Shown: piece by piece, positions 60,701 through 64,000 of the stretch
Layout of the letters: every line of letters begins with the position of its first letter
Position numbering within the stretch: the stretch's first letter is position 1
DNA from: Amoebophrya sp. A120
Lineage: Eukaryota; Protista; Dinoflagellata
Assembly: GCA_905178155.1 (NCBI GenBank)
Contig: CAJINV010000004.1
Span: 5,392,258-5,456,257 of the forward strand
Direction: 5' to 3'
Length of the DNA: 64,000 nt
The notes under the pieces: generated by a model
Database searches by the model: none
What the model was told of the DNA's origin: nothing
Seen by the model: only the letters and a program-made list of their open reading frames with translations
Program-made: the position numbers and the translations under genes

Positions 60701-61096
60701 CGTAAATGTCGTTCAAAATCCCCGGCCCGAGCTCCAGGGACAGCGAAGAACCCGTGCCGTACACCGGGTCGCCGACGGTCAGACCCGCGGTGTCTTCGTA
60801 GACCTAAGGGTTTTCGGGTTATTATTGTTTCAATGCATGGTGATGAAAATAGTATATAGAGCAAATAGCACAGCACTGCTTCAGAGACAATGTACTCAAA
60901 TGCACATACGACAATTAGCCAAGACACTAATCCAGCATACCTGCACGGATGCCGTGTCCAGCTCCAGTCGAATGACTTCCCCGATGAGCTTCTCCTTGCC
61001 GACCCGCACCAGCTCAAACATTTTGCACCCGGACATCCCGCCGGCGACCACGAGGGGCCCGGCGACTTTCTCGATGCTGCCGATCGTCTGGGACAT
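54706..61096 (-). CDS. ATP6V1A: V-type proton ATPase catalytic subunit A; 10 exons
   Basis: [18 protein letters not shown]-loop [47 protein letters not shown] introns 60804-60940, 59346-59495, 58615-58786 and 55412-58279, plus five TIR-element introns. Stop at 54708-54706. Confidence 0.97.
54752..55012. mobile_element. Introner/MITE family A
   Basis: Family A TIRs; perfect TSD CGGTC; removal gives GQLVT-ELETTF. Confidence 0.92.
55099..55378. mobile_element. Introner/MITE family B
   Basis: Ends tatcctgagtaaaaacgtacccacacca / tggtgtgggtacatttttgctaaggata; perfect TSD CAATC; removal gives [13 protein letters not shown]. Confidence 0.92.
55518..58227. mobile_element. 2.7-kb non-autonomous TIR transposon with TA duplication, inside a canonical V-ATPase intron
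   Basis: Perfect 76-bp TIRs 55518-55593 and 58152-58227 (ggccagacccggcaggccc...gattaacgctagc), TA on both sides; no transposase ORF. Confidence 0.92.
55755..56550. repeat. Subterminal array of the tacccgacctacctactt motif (~55-65-bp spacing, higher-order ~235-bp unit)
   Basis: About 14 copies; blocks ~55795-56030 and ~56030-56270 duplicate each other. Confidence 0.9.
59685..59853. mobile_element. Introner/MITE family D-like
   Basis: Ends tatcgagtgcacaactatcg / cgatagttcttttgcaatgcata; TSD CTTGT/TTTGT; removal gives MMHK-WPIR. Confidence 0.85.
59942..60217. mobile_element. Introner/MITE family A (diverged)
   Basis: Ends tatcgagtgcagacatgtctg / cagacatctttgcagtggata; TSD CGTCC/CGCCC; removal gives QIM(G/D)-AGNY. 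Confidence 0.85.
60403..60631. mobile_element. Introner/MITE family C (TSD decayed)
   Basis: Ends tatcaaaaagaaaaaactgtctcag / ctgagacagcttttttcatcttggata; removal +5 bp gives KRGV-EVDNLN. Confidence 0.75.
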
Positions 61097-61772
61097 CTTG
61101 ATGTGCGGTTTACTCTTGACTACGTCGTACTTTCGTTTGCTTGTTGTGATTCACACGTCACACAGCACAGTTGTCTGTTGCTCTGTCTAGGGAAAGCAGC
61201 AGTTGTGCGAGTAGTTTCCAGCAGAGATGTGAAGATTTGCCACTCAGGAGGTCGTGAAGAACGGCAAGAAAATTATAGCTTGACAAACCATGAACCAGAA
61301 GCAGATAGTACTTCTGGAAAAAAGATAAACCGTGCCGGCACCTCACGGAAGCACGCGCACACGACAACAGTGGAGAAGCACTGACGCAGCCACCCAACAA
61401 CTTCCTAGTGACAGCACTTGAATTTTTTTCTATGTGCTGCTGGATCGCCGTGCACAGATGTCACTTGAAAAAAAAGCAAAGAAAAAAAGGTGCTGCTTGA
61501 ACACATGTTGAGGTGACGAGTCGAAACGGCTGTTAAATATGTTGTTCTAAATATGCTCCGTCTCGATACTTCCACACGTCAAGTGAAGGCGTAAATTGTA
61601 CACAGTATTTCCTTAGTCGTGCAGGAATCTGTGCGAGTGAATAAAACAAGCAAAGCTGTCTTTTGTCCCCGGCCAGTGAGAGCATGCGACAAGAAGTCGT
61701 GAGAGCATATCAACTTATCAAAATGCTACATCGCAGGAGCATCTCAATGCGCTTCGACAGTCCTGCCTCTTC

Positions 61773-63075
61773 TTACTGCTTTTTCTTTCCCCGCCCCGCG
61801 CTACTTCTGCTGCTAGTTCTTGTTTTCGGGGCTTGGTTGCTTTTCTTCCGTGGCGTCGCCCCGCTGCTGCGTTCCCGCGTGATAAATCGCTGGTCGCTCG
61901 ACGAGGCGGTCACAAGCTTTAGGAAGCAGCATCCTGGGTAAAAACGTCTGCGACCCGAAGCTGTCATGCAAATTCGCATACTCAGAGCATCGATCTCCTA
62001 TGCGGAGCGTCATACCGGGCGTTTGGTAGTGGCGTTTTCGAGTTTGTGTTGCTCAAATCATCAGAAGGAAGAGGCTTAGGGCTGCCGCGTCCGCGCAAGC
62101 TAAACACGATTTTTATTTCTACGCTGCGTCCCGAAACTTGTCATGCACAACATCTTCCAGATCCAGAGCTCCACGATTTGTCTTGCCGCATATCAACCAT
62201 GTCGACTATGCCGGCTAGGATGTTTTTACTCACGATAAGCAGGCCCCCGCGTTCAGTCCGGCCAGTAGGATATGGGTGTGTCAGGATCGAAATCGATAAA
62301 ATCGAAAAATTTGTGATGCATAAAGTGTAGGGCACTGGAGGCCTGTATTGGGGAGCAGGCAAATGAGACCGATTGCAAGCGTCTTTAGAAGGGGCACATA
62401 TGCAATGTGCTGCCAGAGTAGCACGACAGGAGCAGTGTTCTTTGCCCAAACAGCACGACAGACTGGATTTGGGTGCTCCCGAAATTTGTCATACGCCACT
62501 TACAGACTGAGGCTCCAACTGGTATCGATTTTATGCAACACAAATTTTTCGATTTTGTCAATTTCGATTCTGACACTTTCATACAGGAATTCGTCCCCGT
62601 TAACCGCGTGTGCTACGGAAACCAGAACCATCATTATTGCCAAACAAACGGTGGCGAGCTTTTCCAAGCCGAGTAGTGGGTGGGTCCAAAAAGCCACCAC
62701 CGCAGAGGTTTTGCAGAGCCCGAGAAACATTTTGAATGCCGGCTCGGTCAGTTGCACTTCATACGCCCCGAGTTGCTGCCGCCGAACAAAGGCGTTGAAT
62801 TGTTGCGTGCTCCGCTCGAAATTGTTGACCGCCTGCGTGGGCAAGAGTGCGGTCTTGATCCCGCCAAAGGCTGTTTTCCCGGTCTGCTCGCGCGCGTAGC
62901 TCGAAAAGTATTGCGGGATCCAAAAAAACACCGGGTCTTCCAAACCGTTATTGCAGGAATAGCCGGGGAATCCAAACCCGTCCAGCAGCATCAAGGTACC
63001 CGCAGGAAACTGCGACAGCGACAGCAGGATACGCAGACCCAGGTGCAAACTGGGCTGCGGTAGAGACGACAACAT
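61773..63075 (-). CDS. Small multi-pass membrane protein (DoxX-like possible); 3 exons
   Basis: ORF 62500-63075 + ~28-nt mini-exon (LAGLNAGAC) + ORF 61773-61979 join in frame on removing two introners; several hydrophobic helices and a basic tail. Confidence 0.7.
61930..62237. mobile_element. Introner/MITE family B
   Basis: Ends catcctgggtaaaaacgtc / ggatgtttttactcacgata; perfect TSD AGCAG. Confidence 0.88.
62271..62583. mobile_element. Introner/MITE family F (~55-bp TIRs)
   Basis: tatgggtgtgtcaggatcgaaatcgataaaatcgaaaaatttgtgatgcataaa and its near reverse complement ending at 62583; TSD TAGGA/CAGGA. Confidence 0.92.
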
Positions 63076-64000
63076 TTTGCGTAGTGTTAAAAACGCTCAC
63101 TCTGAGCCCCCTGTCGCATAGATTCAAGTCATCTTGTGATACTTGCTACTTAAAGGGCTGAAAAACAAGTGTCTAACTATCTGCACTGAGGGACAAGTAC
63201 TGATACTGCACGACCCGGCAAGGCACTCATAGAAGTGAAAAATACCGAGTTAACAAAAACTCAACTTGGACGGCAGCACGCACTGCCTGATACGTTGCCT
63301 CACAAAGTCAGAAAGAGAAAGAAGTTTCAACTTTCCGCTGTAATATGTACTATGAGCTGCGCGCGGAAATTTGCTCGAGGTTGCACGACATTCCGGATCA
63401 TCCACAGCTGCGACTTCTGGCAGTATAGTTTGTCAAAAACCAAATGACTGGCAACGAGCCTGACCTGCAGCTGAACACTACAAGTGAATAGCGACGCACA
63501 TTCTGCTATGAGGCGGCATTGTCACAGGTGGCGAGTGCCGCGAGTGAGACTTTTTGGGAATTCAAGCGGGGGGACGCGTTCCTTACATTTAGGGTTTTCT
63601 GATTCGGACAACTTTTCGTGTTTTCTAACATGAAGCTGCTCAACACCCGGAGGCGGAAAGCACTAATACCACCTAATCATCTCAGCTCCAATTTGTTCAT
63701 CCTTGCCGGATACTAGTTTGTATCGCCGAGCTCGCATATGCTCTTCCCTGCCTCAAAAGGCTAGGGTGCAGCATAATGGATGCTATTTTTCATTAATCAA
63801 TAGTGAATCACTGGAGCATATTGGATCATCGCACTGCGCGCGGGATTCGCTAATTTTTCTTGTTACTAAGATTTTAACATAATGCCATTCGTACAAAAAA
63901 ACGAAATTCAAGTCTTCAGTAATTTCAAGTTTTGACGTCACTGTCGCTTTCGTACACTCGTGCTTTTGCAAAATCATGTAAAGGTCGTTTTCAAAGAGAA

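Overview
This is eukaryotic, gene-dense DNA in which every recognisable host gene lies on the minus strand. That layout, plus inverted-repeat non-canonical introns, suggests a syndinian dinoflagellate such as Amoebophrya (inference). Host genes: SPFH/band-7 (HIR-like), a type-I membrane protein, dihydropteridine reductase next to bifunctional HPPK-DHPS, a PHO88/SND3-like gene, an APH/choline-kinase-like protein, a SNAPC1-like gene, an RNI-type LRR protein, a DUF285 repeat protein, V-ATPase subunit A and a small membrane protein. Three unusual structures dominate. (1) At least 20 short (169-322 bp) terminal-inverted-repeat (TIR) elements from about six families share TAT...ATA-type ends and a 5-bp target-site duplication (TSD). 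Nineteen sit in coding sequence, in either orientation, and removing the element plus one 5-bp copy restores the reading frame, almost never with GT-AG ends, so they look like introner-type non-canonical introns. (2) A ~14-kb element (27704-41754) has degenerate inverted ends and a 6-bp direct repeat. It splits a small ORF and carries a spliced hAT-like DDE transposase, uncharacterised cargo genes and subterminal repeat arrays. (3) A 2.7-kb non-coding element with perfect 76-bp TIRs and a TA duplication sits inside a canonical V-ATPase intron. All exon models were built by eye and need RNA-seq confirmation.
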